Shown: piece by piece, positions 32,717-42,793 of the stretch
Position numbering within the stretch: position 1 is the first letter of the stretch
Layout: every line of letters begins with the position of its first letter
DNA from: an uncultured bacterium
GTDB taxonomy: Bacteria; Verrucomicrobiota; Verrucomicrobiia; Limisphaerales; UBA8199
DNA length: 64,000 nt
NCBI GenBank assembly: GCA_963749495.1
Contig: CAVVMW010000029.1
Location: forward strand, 1 to 64,000
Reading direction: 5' to 3'
Notes under the pieces: model-generated
What the model was told of the DNA's origin: nothing
Database searches by the model: none
The model's input: the letters and a program-made list of their open reading frames with translations, nothing else
Translations under genes and position numbers: made by a program

Positions 32717-34025
32717 ATGGAAAGAATTCGGATCAACAATTTTGCGGGGCTGAGGGAAGTCGATATCGCAGTAAGCCAAGTGACCGGCTTTATCGGCCCT
32801 CATGCCTCCGGCAAGAGCATCATCGCCAAGCTGCTCTACTTTTTCCGGGGGATCGCCTCTCGGTTGCCGGATGCGGCCATAAGGTTCGGGCCGGGCAGTG
32901 CCCACTACAAGGACGACTGCATGGCGCGATTCAACAGTTTTTTCCCCGTGGGCGTAAGCGCCGGGGCCTCGGACTTCCACCTGACTTACACCAGCGGGAG
33001 CGAGCACGTAAGTGTGGAGTCTGCTCCTGACCAGGACAAACCGAGCTCCAGGAGGTTGGAATGGAGCGCCTTTTATCCGTCTGCATTCGGGAGCTTGGCG
33101 GAAAAGTGGAGGGAGTACCGCGGCGCCTTGGGTGAGGCCTCCGAATTAGCCATTAGCGACGCCCAGGAGAAATTGCTGAGCGAATACGACGCGGGAGCCA
33201 AAAAGGTCTTGGATCGATGGCCCATCTACCAGCACGTTTTCATACCCGCAGGGCGTGCGTTCTTCTCGCAATTTGTCGCTAACGTCTTCACCGGCCTGCA
33301 ATCCGGTGCAGGCCTGGACCCTTTTATGGTGGCCTTCGGTGCTCACCTCGAGCAAACCAGAGGACTTCTGCAAGAGGATCATCTTTTTGACCCCGCCTCC
33401 CCGGGCGCGAGGCGCTTCGGAGGGTTTGGCCTCCTCATGAAGAGCATCCTTCACGCGGAGTTGGGCTTTGACGAGAAGGAAAAGCAGTACTTCCTCCAGC
33501 ATGATGATGGCCGCCGAGTGTGGGTGAGCCAAGCATCCTCGGGCCAACAGGAAGTTTTGCCGCTTCTCCTGGTCCTCGCACGCATCCTCTCGCGGCTTCA
33601 CGGGCGCGGCCGTGCCCTGTACATCGAAGAGGCCTGAGGCGCAATTGTTCCCCTCAGCCCAAAAGCAAGTCGTCGAACTGCTGGGCCACGTGTTTCGCCG
33701 CAGGAGGCACGAGATGAACCTCGTCGTAACGACTCACAGCCCGTATATACTGACCTCCATCAACAACCTACTCCAGGCGGGAAAACTTTACAGACGGCGC
33801 CCCGGAACGAAGCCTAGGCCAGCCAAGGCTTTCGAGCTTTCGAAGATCGTTCCAAGCTGGTTCGATCCTGACGAAGTCTCGTTCTATGCGCTCGAGGGCG
33901 GCTCTGCCACGTCCATTATGGACCCGGAAACCGAACTGATCGATGCTGCCATGATCGACCAGGTCTCGGCCGACATCGCCATCGAGTTCGACAAACTCCT
34001 CTCGGAGGCTGATGAAAAGCCCTGA
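32717..34025 (+). CDS. ABC/AAA_15-type ATPase with one +1 frameshift at 33631-33632
   Basis: Walker A GPHASGKS, FIPAGR, signature ASSGQQE, Walker B LYIEE. Removing one G gives EEPEAQLFP and restores the H-loop TTHSPY (435 aa). Confidence 0.88.
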
Positions 34026-34443
34026 TGGCCGCGAGTGCAGCACTTTCCTGCGGCGCAAGAAGATTGCGCTCACGGGCAGGAGAACCTCCACGCTTTATCT
34101 TCTGAACCCACAACTGCGGGGGGTGGAGCGCGTCGAAGTGGACGATTGCGTGATCACCGAAGGACGCCGCTGCGATTGGCTCGTCCGTCTGGATGACGCC
34201 ACCTCGCGGGAGGAGATTTATGTGGAGTTGAAGGGTTCGGATATTCTCCACGCCGTTGATCAGTTGGAGGCCACAATTAACAAACTGTTGATTGACTGCA
34301 AGCAGTTCCCCAAGCGATGTCTTGTCGCGTGCTCCCGCAGCCCGCTGACCGGCACGGACGTTCAGAAATACAAAGCCCGCTTCCACAACAGGTTCAGAGC
34401 CGCTTTCCAAGTCGTTAGAGATGGGGCGGAGGTCCCTCTCTGA
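34012..34443 (+). CDS. Small PD-(D/E)XK-like protein coupled to the ATPase
   Basis: VDDC..RCDWL..IYVELKG..AVDQL; overlaps the ATPase stop by 14 nt. Confidence 0.7.
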   Translation: MKSPDGRECSTFLRRKKIALTGRRTSTLYLLNPQLRGVERVEVDDCVITEGRRCDWLVRLDDATSREEIYVELKGSDILHAVDQLEATINKLLIDCKQFPKRCLVACSRSPLTGTDVQKYKARFHNRFRAAFQVVRDGAEVPL

Positions 34444-34747
34444 ATGGGGGCGGGCCTCCGGGAGCGAGGCCCCACCGCCCCGGACCCTGAGGACATGACA
34501 TTAGCTGGGGAGGCGCAGATCGCGGCTCTTGACATTTTCGGCGACGCGGGGATCAGATCGACCCCATGAGAAAACGGAACATGCGAACTTGGATCGGCAT
34601 GGGAACGTTGGCGATTGTGTGTGCGGCGTGCACAGGCGGGACGTGGGCGCAGAGCGCCCCGGGCCCGGCGGCCCCGTCGCGGGTGCCGATTTATAGCAAG
34701 AACAACGCCCCGGCCGCGCCGATGCTCGAAGACCTGCCGCGGAGGAT

Positions 34748-35797
34748 GTGATGAAGATCCTGACACGGACCGTATTGCTACTCATGCTGCTCACCTCCGG
34801 CCCGGTTTCTTCCGAAATCATCCCCCCCAACCGGATCTGCGATTGGACGCCCGGCGTAAACGTGGGTGTTCCGGGCGGGATTCCCAATCGCACAGTAATC
34901 GGTTCCACAGTTGATGCCGCTGTCTATGGAACAGGCTCAGCAGACGCCTCCGCAGCACTCAGCGCCGCGATTGACGCCTGCCCTTCGGGTCAGGTTGTGA
35001 TGATACCTGTCGGGACGTACAGGCTTGACAGCCGCGTTTACCGCGCCTCTGCGGGCAACATAACCATCCGGGGCGCGGGCATGGGGAAAACGATCCTCAA
35101 AGCAGCCTCCAACACACAGGTTCTCCTGCTCGGCACGGCAGACTGGCCGCGGCCAACCGCGGGACTCGCTATCACCGCAGGAGCGACTAAAGGCAGCACG
35201 GTCCTCACCGTGGCCGACGCCACTTCCATCGCCGTGGGCAAACTGGTGAGAATCCAGCAGAACGATTTACCGTATGTCATTTGCAACAGCGCTCCCACCA
35301 ACAACAACAAGCTGATGAGCGCCATGTTCAGGGTCACAGCAAAAACAGCAACCAGCGTAACAGTCATGCCGCCCCTGCCCATTGATTTCGCCCAGTCGCC
35401 TGAGCTTGTCCAATACGGAATTCCTCCTCTCACAAATACGGGCGTGGAAGACCTGACCATAGACTGCAATTCCATCTCATGGGCCGGCATCGAGTTCGAC
35501 CAGGCATGGGGATGCTGGGTCAAAGATTACCTGGGCCATTCCATTGCGTGGGACGCGGCGATTTCCGATCATGCGATTCCGAACAGCTATTTCCGATCGA
35601 GCAAGCCCTTGTGGTTCGGGAACCTGCCGTGGCCGCCTTTTGATCCGGCGAATCCGCCGGGGGCGTTGAATGATGCGAATCTGTGCAGGATTCCGGCAGG
35701 GTACAGATATGTGCACGGGACGGATCCGGTGGAGGCGGCCAAGAAGCCGGGGACGGAGGCGGAGAGACGGATAAACAGTATAGAGGGCACCCAATAG
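34748..35797 (+). pseudogene. Secreted pectate-lyase-superfamily beta-helix protein, probably internally deleted near 35520
   Basis: WTPGVNVGVPGGIP, AAIDACPSGQVV.IP.GTY, IRGAGMGKT. Abrupt jump from WVK to a C-terminal IPNSYF..KP.WFG..WPPFDP motif. Confidence 0.65.
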
Positions 35798-36269
35798 AAC
35801 GAGAATGAATTCGCGAGAACACGTGTTTTTGGTCGCACGCTGCATGTTGGCATGCGTGGGTGTGTTGGCTGGCATGGCTGGCCGCCGAGCCGAAGAAGGT
35901 CCTGCGCGACGGCCAGCCGTGGAGCCAGTTCAGCTATGACAGGGCCGCCAAGCGAATCACAACGAAGACCGGGGGCGATCCTCGCCTGCACGTCTTCGAG
36001 ACCATCCTGCGGGAGCAAGGCCTCGTCCTGTCTGGCAGAAAGGACACGAAGATTGAAGGGATCACCGTCGTTGACACGTTGAAGGCAGGTGCCGCGAATC
36101 CGTGAGGAGGCATGCCTCCATCTGTAATTAGTCCTGCCGCTCAGCAACATCGCCGGCTGGCTCCCACCGTGGGCCTTGGACCTGGACACGGCACTCATGA
36201 TCCATTGAGCACGGCGATCCACGGATGTCGCTCGCCCGGCCGGCTGTTAGGCCGGTCGCCGGCCTTGCC

Positions 36270-36438
36270 CACCGAAGAATTGAAAGCCATCACCGGCTCG
36301 TGGCCGACCCGGTTGCAGGAGTTCGAGCTTTTCACCTGCGATGAGGAGATGAAGAAACTGGTCGCCGAGCGGAAGATCATCCTCCTTGGCTATCGGCCTT
36401 TGCGCGACTTGCAGCGCAAGGAGCGGAAGGAAGGGTGA
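36270..36438 (+). pseudogene. C-terminal remnant of a YdjC/ChbG-like deacetylase
   Basis: TEELKAITGSWPTRLQEF..ERKIILLGYRPL. Confidence 0.45.
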
Positions 36439-36475
36439 TCCCGACTGTGGAACTGGGCCAAGAGCCCGAGGAGCT

Positions 36476-36991
36476 ATGGGTTTTGTCATCGTGGATGTCG
36501 AGGCGGATGGGCCGATTCCGGCGGAGTTCTCCATGGTGTGCTTTGGGGCGGTGCTCTTCGATGAGGCCCTGGACCACTCCTTTTACGGCCAGACGCGTCC
36601 GATTGCGGACCGCTTCCTCCCGGAGGCCCTGGCCGTGAGCGGCTTCTCCCGAGAGCAGCACTTGGCATTCGACGACCCGAAAGCGGTCATGGAGAGCTTC
36701 GCCGCCTGGCTGGACCAGCATTCCAGGGGACGGCCGGTCTTTGTTTCCGACAACCTGGCCTTCGACTGGCAGTTCATCAACTACTACTTCCATCGGTTCC
36801 TTGGCCGAAATCCTTTCGGCTTCTCGGGCAGGCGCATCGGAGACCTGTATGCCGGCCTGATGAAAGACGCCTCCAAAGCGACCGAATGGAAGAAGTATCG
36901 GGTCACCCGGCACACGCACAACCCGGTCGATGATGCCCGGGGTAATGCCGAGGCGTTGAAGAAGTTCAGGAAATTGGGGCTCCGAATGTGA
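36476..36991 (+). CDS. DEDD-family 3'-5' exoribonuclease
   Basis: VDVEADGP, SDNLAFDW, HNPVDDARGNA; GAGG-like RBS upstream of ATG 36476. Confidence 0.85.
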   Translation: MGFVIVDVEADGPIPAEFSMVCFGAVLFDEALDHSFYGQTRPIADRFLPEALAVSGFSREQHLAFDDPKAVMESFAAWLDQHSRGRPVFVSDNLAFDWQFINYYFHRFLGRNPFGFSGRRIGDLYAGLMKDASKATEWKKYRVTRHTHNPVDDARGNAEALKKFRKLGLRM

Positions 36992-36992
36992 A

Positions 36993-37697
36993 ATGAGCCT
37001 TCTTTACCCCAAGTTCCGCCTGAGCCTGCTGCCCGCCATGATCGGTTATGCCATGCTGACCGCCATGCGTATGACAGCAGTCACTTTGTCGGGTTTGATG
37101 CTGGCGCTCGCTCTGACCTCGGGCGCAGCGGAACGCGATTGCCGCTTCGACGGCAAGATTTCTCGCGAGGTGCTGGACAATTATCTTTCGCGCGCCGTCA
37201 CGTTCACCGACTTCCTCCACGGCAAGGGCAGCATCGCGGATAATCTCCGGTTCCTGACCAACACCGGGGCCAAGTTTGTCGGACGCGCCATCTACCGCTG
37301 AGGTGGCGAAGACGCTCTCCCGGCGCTGCTCGAGACCGCGAAGCCCATCGCCCGCCAGGCGCACCAGGCGGACCCGGACATGGTCCTGCAGGCCGCCTGT
37401 TTCGAAATCGTCACCACGAGCGTCGGCAAGCTCCCGGTGCCCGAGTGGCTGTTCCGTCAGATCAGTTGGTTCGCGCATCAGCCGGAGCCGTATCGGAACG
37501 AGTGGCTGCGCTATGCGTGGAAGTGGTTGCGTGAGCACGACCCGAACGCCTGGCTTGAGATGCCCGGCAGCCGCACCCTGCACGCACCTGTCGGCAACCA
37601 GTGGTGGTACTGGGCCAACACCCGCAGCCCAGCGACGCCGGAGGGCTTCAACCAGGAAGAGACCATCAAAGCCATCTGGGCCGAGAACACGTTTTGA
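36993..37697 (+). pseudogene. Secreted hypothetical protein with an in-frame TGA at 37299-37301
   Basis: ORFs 36993-37301 and 37380-37697 share a frame (GRAIYR*GGE...QAACFEIVT...FNQEETIKAIW). Confidence 0.65.
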
Positions 37698-38039
37698 CCA
37701 GACCTGGGGCGGCTACCGCCAAACCACGGTCCTGGCGCGGGACCTGGGCCCCGGCGAGCACAAGGTGAGAATTGAACTGCTGCCCGAAAAGAACCCGCAG
37801 AGCACCGGCCACGAGTTCAGGGTATTGGGTCTTGGCGCCACGGGGGTCGAGGCGGGGCTGGGTGTGGGAGGAGGGGGATAGGGTCCCCGGGGGCGTTACA
37901 GCCGCTACACCGTAACATTACCGATAAAGTCAAAGGATTCTTGAAATCTGCCCCGTAGCATGAGGCGTTACTTACCCGTAACATTTCGATCTGGGAACGG
38001 CTCTTGGCGCTGGCGGACGCGGCAAGCGGCGGTTCGCTT

Positions 38040-38132
38040 GGCCACGGCCCTCCACCCCCGCTCAGCAAAACACCTCGCCACCGCCCGGCCGATGCCGGAG
38101 GACACGCCCGTAATAAGTACTGTTTTCTTCAC
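38040..38132 (-). pseudogene. N-terminal remnant of an SDR oxidoreductase
   Basis: KTVLITGVSSGIGRAVARCFAERGW (TGxxxGIG). Confidence 0.7.
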
Positions 38133-38466
38133 GCCTGTGAAGCCTCGAGCCAACCACGCGCTCGATCTGAGTCCGATGAAAATGGCCGAACCTCTGCTTC
38201 CCCGCAACCCAATCTCCGGCCAACGCCGCTCGCCCGCCGCCAGGCCTGGACCCGTCCCACGATGAAACTCACCCAATCCAGCGTGATGGCGCTCCGGAGC
38301 GCGGACGGGAAGAACCTGGAGTCCTGAGCGAGCGTCAAAAAGTGCGCTGCGTTCGGTGGCCGCTAGGCTAGCGAACATGACTTTTTCCTTGCATTCAGGG
38401 CGGAGAGGGCAATTCTTCGCTGACGGAAACGACTCGACGCACAACGGCGCCTAGCTTGCAACCAAT

Positions 38467-39642
38467 ATGAGAGTGCTACCTGACCCAGAAATATCCCTCC
38501 GCAACGCTGCCGACTTCATCTTCGACAGCAGCCTCTGCCGGGCTGCCCTCTCGGAGGACACGCCGCCAGAATTTGCTGTCCTCGTCCGGGACATCATCGG
38601 TGCGGTTCATAGATTGACAGTGAGCTGCCACCTGCCCGAGTTCACCGACCATGGCTTGGCGCACCTGTGCAGCCTGGTTGATAGGATATGCCGATGGACC
38701 CCACCGCCCGGAAGGGGTGCGCCCCCCACCGTTGTGGAGGACTTGGCAAACAGCGAATGCGCGGTGCTTCTACTGGCGACTCTGCTCCACGACATTGGAA
38801 TGCTGTCACAAAGGACTGAGGATTTAGAGGACCCAGCAGATCCGCGATGGACAAAGGGATACAGGGAGATTGCGAATTGGGTCAGGAGGACTCACATTGC
38901 TCGCACAAGGGGACTCGTTTCGCGCCTTTTCCGGAGCTCGTACCCTGCATTCTTTGAACCAGGCTCATTGCTTCTGCGCTCCATTCCTGTCGCGAAGGCG
39001 CACGGTTCATGGCCCTGGCAGGCCGACTTCAACTCGCTCCCAGACAGGGACTCAGCACTGGCAGCGATTGTCGCCGTGGCCGACCTGATGGATGAGGACT
39101 CGAACCGTTGCGACACAAGGACCCTCGTGGAGCACCGCCAAGGAACGCTTCTGAACAAAGCGCATTGGATTCGGCATGGACTCACGGCAAACCGCGTCAT
39201 CGTGGAGGGTGGAGTGATCCGCGTTCGACTTACGCGGCCACCGGGGACGGCGTCCCAGCTGACGCCGGTTTACGCCGCGCTACGAAATCACTACCGCCTG
39301 GCCCTCCTTTATAGCGCTGCCTTAGAGCAGGTTAACGCTGGGCTTTTGGCACCGATAATATTTGATCCTCCGACTGGGATTCCCACGGTTGAGGCTATCA
39401 GCCTCGGTGACTGGAATGACATTGAAGGGCTTGGAACTCAGTCCGCCCTCGTCTTCCACCTCCTCTCCTCATTTATGCCGGAAGCAACTTTGGACGAGCG
39501 AAGGGTCGCAGAGGAAACCATCGACCGATTGCGCCTCCAGGGATTCGAGCCCGTGGATCTAACGAACTTCCAAGCGACACGCGGAAGCCATGAAAGAAGA
39601 TCTCCAGACGAACTCGCTTTCCGGGCCATGACCGGCCCCTGA
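38467..39642 (+). CDS. Stand-alone HD-superfamily phosphohydrolase, HD-CE (conflict effector)-like
   Basis: PEFTDHGLAH, ATLLHDIGM, VRRTH, AKAHG, VADLMDEDSNR, HWIRH. Confidence 0.82.
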   Translation: MRVLPDPEISLRNAADFIFDSSLCRAALSEDTPPEFAVLVRDIIGAVHRLTVSCHLPEFTDHGLAHLCSLVDRICRWTPPPGRGAPPTVVEDLANSECAVLLLATLLHDIGMLSQRTEDLEDPADPRWTKGYREIANWVRRTHIARTRGLVSRLFRSSYPAFFEPGSLLLRSIPVAKAHGSWPWQADFNSLPDRDSALAAIVAVADLMDEDSNRCDTRTLVEHRQGTLLNKAHWIRHGLTANRVIVEGGVIRVRLTRPPGTASQLTPVYAALRNHYRLALLYSAALEQVNAGLLAPIIFDPPTGIPTVEAISLGDWNDIEGLGTQSALVFHLLSSFMPEATLDERRVAEETIDRLRLQGFEPVDLTNFQATRGSHERRSPDELAFRAMTGP

Positions 39643-39648
39643 TCAACC

Positions 39649-42401
39649 ATGAGCAAAAACAACACTTCGGCCGCGTTTCGCGAGGGAACCCCAGCAGCCC
39701 AACAAAAGGCGGCTTTCGACTATCTTCGAGAACGGTGTCGCACGGCCCACAACGAGGGGGATGGGCTCCTCGCGAGCCACCTCTCGATCCTTGCGCTGGA
39801 CGAGGCGACCAAGCTCCTGAAAAGCAACAAGTGCCACCTCTTCTTGCCAGATCTCAAATGGGCGTTCATCTTCTCCCACTACTGGCTCATCAACGGTTAT
39901 CTGCTGGACAATGACATCGCTGAATTCCTCAGCCGTGCTCCCCGGAAAAATGAGGTGGAGGGGAAACTTCTGAACCTGCTGAGGATCTATAGCAGGCTCG
40001 TCAAGGAGCCCCTTTGGTCGGATCCGGAAGACCTGTCGTTCCTCCAGGCTCCATACTGTGATTGGATGGAGGCTAGTGGCGCACCCGAGGATTTGGCGTT
40101 GGCCGAGCACTTGGCCGAGCTCGTTTGGTTCCGTGATCCTCAAGGCGACTCCTGGGGGAAGGTCATCCATGCGTGGGCAGCGGCCGCCAATATACCAGGG
40201 AAGTGCAAGCAACTATTAGCCCGCCTCGAGCGACGCCTCAGACTCCAATCAGCATTGACGATACCAGGTTCACTTTACCCCTCCGTGGCCCTGGAGGACG
40301 CCGAGAAGTGGGCAGCGGACTTTCCCGAAGCGGAGATCTGGATCCATACACTCCACGGAAACAGGCCCGGCGTGGAGGCCGCCGTGACGCGGCGGTTGCC
40401 TTTTGTCTCCGACGACCCCGTTCTGGTTCGACAATTGCTTGATTTGCAGCGGTTCAACTTCTTCCACGGCGACGACCAAGATCCCCAGGCTGTCAGTCTG
40501 ACGCGTCGGAGACTGTTCGACAGCCCTCTTCTCCGATTCGATGAGACCCGAGAGCAGTTTCTCTCAGAAACCCTGGGTGCCATTTTCCAAAGGAATGAAG
40601 TCGGGCAAGCGTACCGAGCGTTTCAAGGTGTTCCGCTTAGCAATGTTGTGCGAGCTCTCTGCTTTGCGGCAGTGGGATTTTGGCATGTGGTTCGATGCCG
40701 TCAAGGCTCAGTCCAAGGCAGGCCTTGAATTGGCTCAATGGGAACCGACCCAGCTTGGCCCTGCGAGCAACGGGCTGTTGCTAGCTGTCCTCTCAATGTC
40801 CTACGAGCGAGAGCGAAAATTGGTTCAAGGCGGCCTCGACGCACTTGAATTCGCAAGCGATGGTCAAAGAGGGGGATTGCTTCGATGCACTCTCTTCTGC
40901 TACCCCAGGCAGGCATACCATGCCATCAGTCTCCTGAGTGACCTCTCCGACGCTATTCCAGAGGATATGTGGCTTGAAGTGGTTACATGGTGCCGCCGTT
41001 TTCTCGAAGAGGGCTGGAACAGCCCAGGCAAGTCCGGTGGAGGCATGCTGCTTCCGTTTGAATTCTGGGGGCAGATCTTCCCTTTCGTTGGGGCAGGCAG
41101 CCCTGTCTGGGAGAGATTTGCTCCCATTCTGCACCAGGAGGCGCGCAACCCTCTTAAGTGGCAAACTGACCGCCGTGGATTCTTTGTCCAGTACCTCCTC
41201 CACGCTCCCGTTGAAGTGGCGAAAGCCGCAGGCAGGGCGATGCTCCAGGCAAGACTTGGGGACCCAGTGTCGCGGGGGTACAGGTTCAGAATCCTGCGCA
41301 CAGCCTGCGAACGCCGCAAGGATCTCGCGGACGAACTCGTGCCGGATCTTCTGAGGGTTGCGGAAACCCCCGTGCAAAAGTGGCGTCTCAAAGCGAAACC
41401 CTTGGGTAACGGAGCAGCCCCTGAGGAGGAGCGAGCCGCAAGGGAGCAGATGCTCGGTTCCCTCGGCGATTTTGTAAAGAGAATATCTCCTGGCGGAGTG
41501 CCGCAGTATCCGCCCCAAATTGACCTAGAGGCTTATGCCTTCCTGGACTGGAGCGAGGAGGATTCAGAATGCCTGGCATTGGTTCTACAGACGATTGGAA
41601 ACCCGGGCACCGATAAGTCAGGAGTTCCCTGCCTCCTCTATCTCTTACAGACGCTCGTCGCGAGGGGACCCCGAGTGTTCGCAGAACGAGACCCACGAAG
41701 CCTTCGTTGGCTGGCTAGGCGTCATGCCACTGTGGCGGGATGCTGACTGCTTTCCCCCAGGCGGCCCGCTCTCTGTGGTGAATATCCAGCGAAATGACCA
41801 GGGCGCAGTTGAAGACGCCCTGTCAGCCGTCGCGTATCAACTGAGAGGCCGGCTAGGCGCACAGTTTGATGACGCGCTCTCGCGCTGGGTCCTGGACTGC
41901 TCCATCAAATCCGACGTTGCCGCTGGCCCTAACCTCACCCGCCTGACCCTGGCGCTCGCATCCTCGATCCATGGTCCGAACGTGTCCGGCCCAGAAGCGG
42001 ATATAGGGAAGCTGGTGCGTCGCCAGGCTCTGCTGGACGCCTGCGGAGCCATGCTGCGCTCCTCCTGGCAACGATACCGTCTGAATCCGGCCAGCTTTAC
42101 CTGGATCGCGTGGGGGCTTCAAGGGATCCACCTTGCACTTCGGAGTGAGTCGGAGGCCGGAATGAGTTGGGCGAGTCCCGATCCGTCCGTCGTTACGTCC
42201 CTCCTTAGAGGCATCGGCGCGCTCTTGGAGCAGTTAGTTGCCTGCCCCAGGCCTGAGGTGCGTTCCGAGGTTGCCAGAACGCTGCGTGCCTTCTCGTCTC
42301 TGGTCCCGTTGCCTGAAAACCTCCGAGGATGCCTCGCTGGACTATCTTCCGACGCTCGGGCCCGCGTCAGGCGAGCAGCCGTGGAGCGTGCCGGTCCCTG
42401 A
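39649..42401 (+). CDS. ~915-aa alpha-helical (HEAT-like C-terminus) hypothetical protein split by two +1 frameshifts (~40625, ~41690)
   Basis: Three overlapping ORFs (39649-40728, 40541-41746, 41535-42401) in successive +1 frames; Leu/Trp-rich helices; RPEVRSEVARTL and DARARVRRAA. Confidence 0.7.
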
Positions 42402-42793
42402 GAGCGTTATTCTTTTGATGCCATGCACCCTCGCGGGACCCCGCCGCCCCAGCCCCAACGCCCGGCCCTCCGGCCTCCCGAACCTCAGTCCTCCGCCCAC
42501 CTTTGTCCAGGCGCCCGACCTTGCACTCCGGACTACGGAATCTGGACTCCGGCCCCGGCACTCCATCCTGCGCCCGCCGCCCTCCGCCGCTTCATGCACA
42601 ATCTCTGCCTCACCTACGCGAGTGCAATGTTGGCAACTCCTTCTGCGTCAACAACTCTCCTCTCTACCTCCCTGCCGATGGTGCAATTCTGCTCCACGCC
42701 CGATTCTCGGCCCTAACCACCCCATCCTCGTGCGCTCTTTTTCCTTCTGTTCAAATGCGGGCCCGACCAATTAGGGTGTTCGGACTACAAAAT

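Noticed and set aside
22980..37301. Three in-frame TGA codons at probable Trp positions (~22983 minus strand, ~31305, 37299) suggesting UGA=Trp recoding
   Set aside because: TGA is used as a true stop with ATGA overlaps (2729, 23053) and Trp is normally TGG here. TGG->TGA is a common nonsense change, and all three genes show other damage or truncation.
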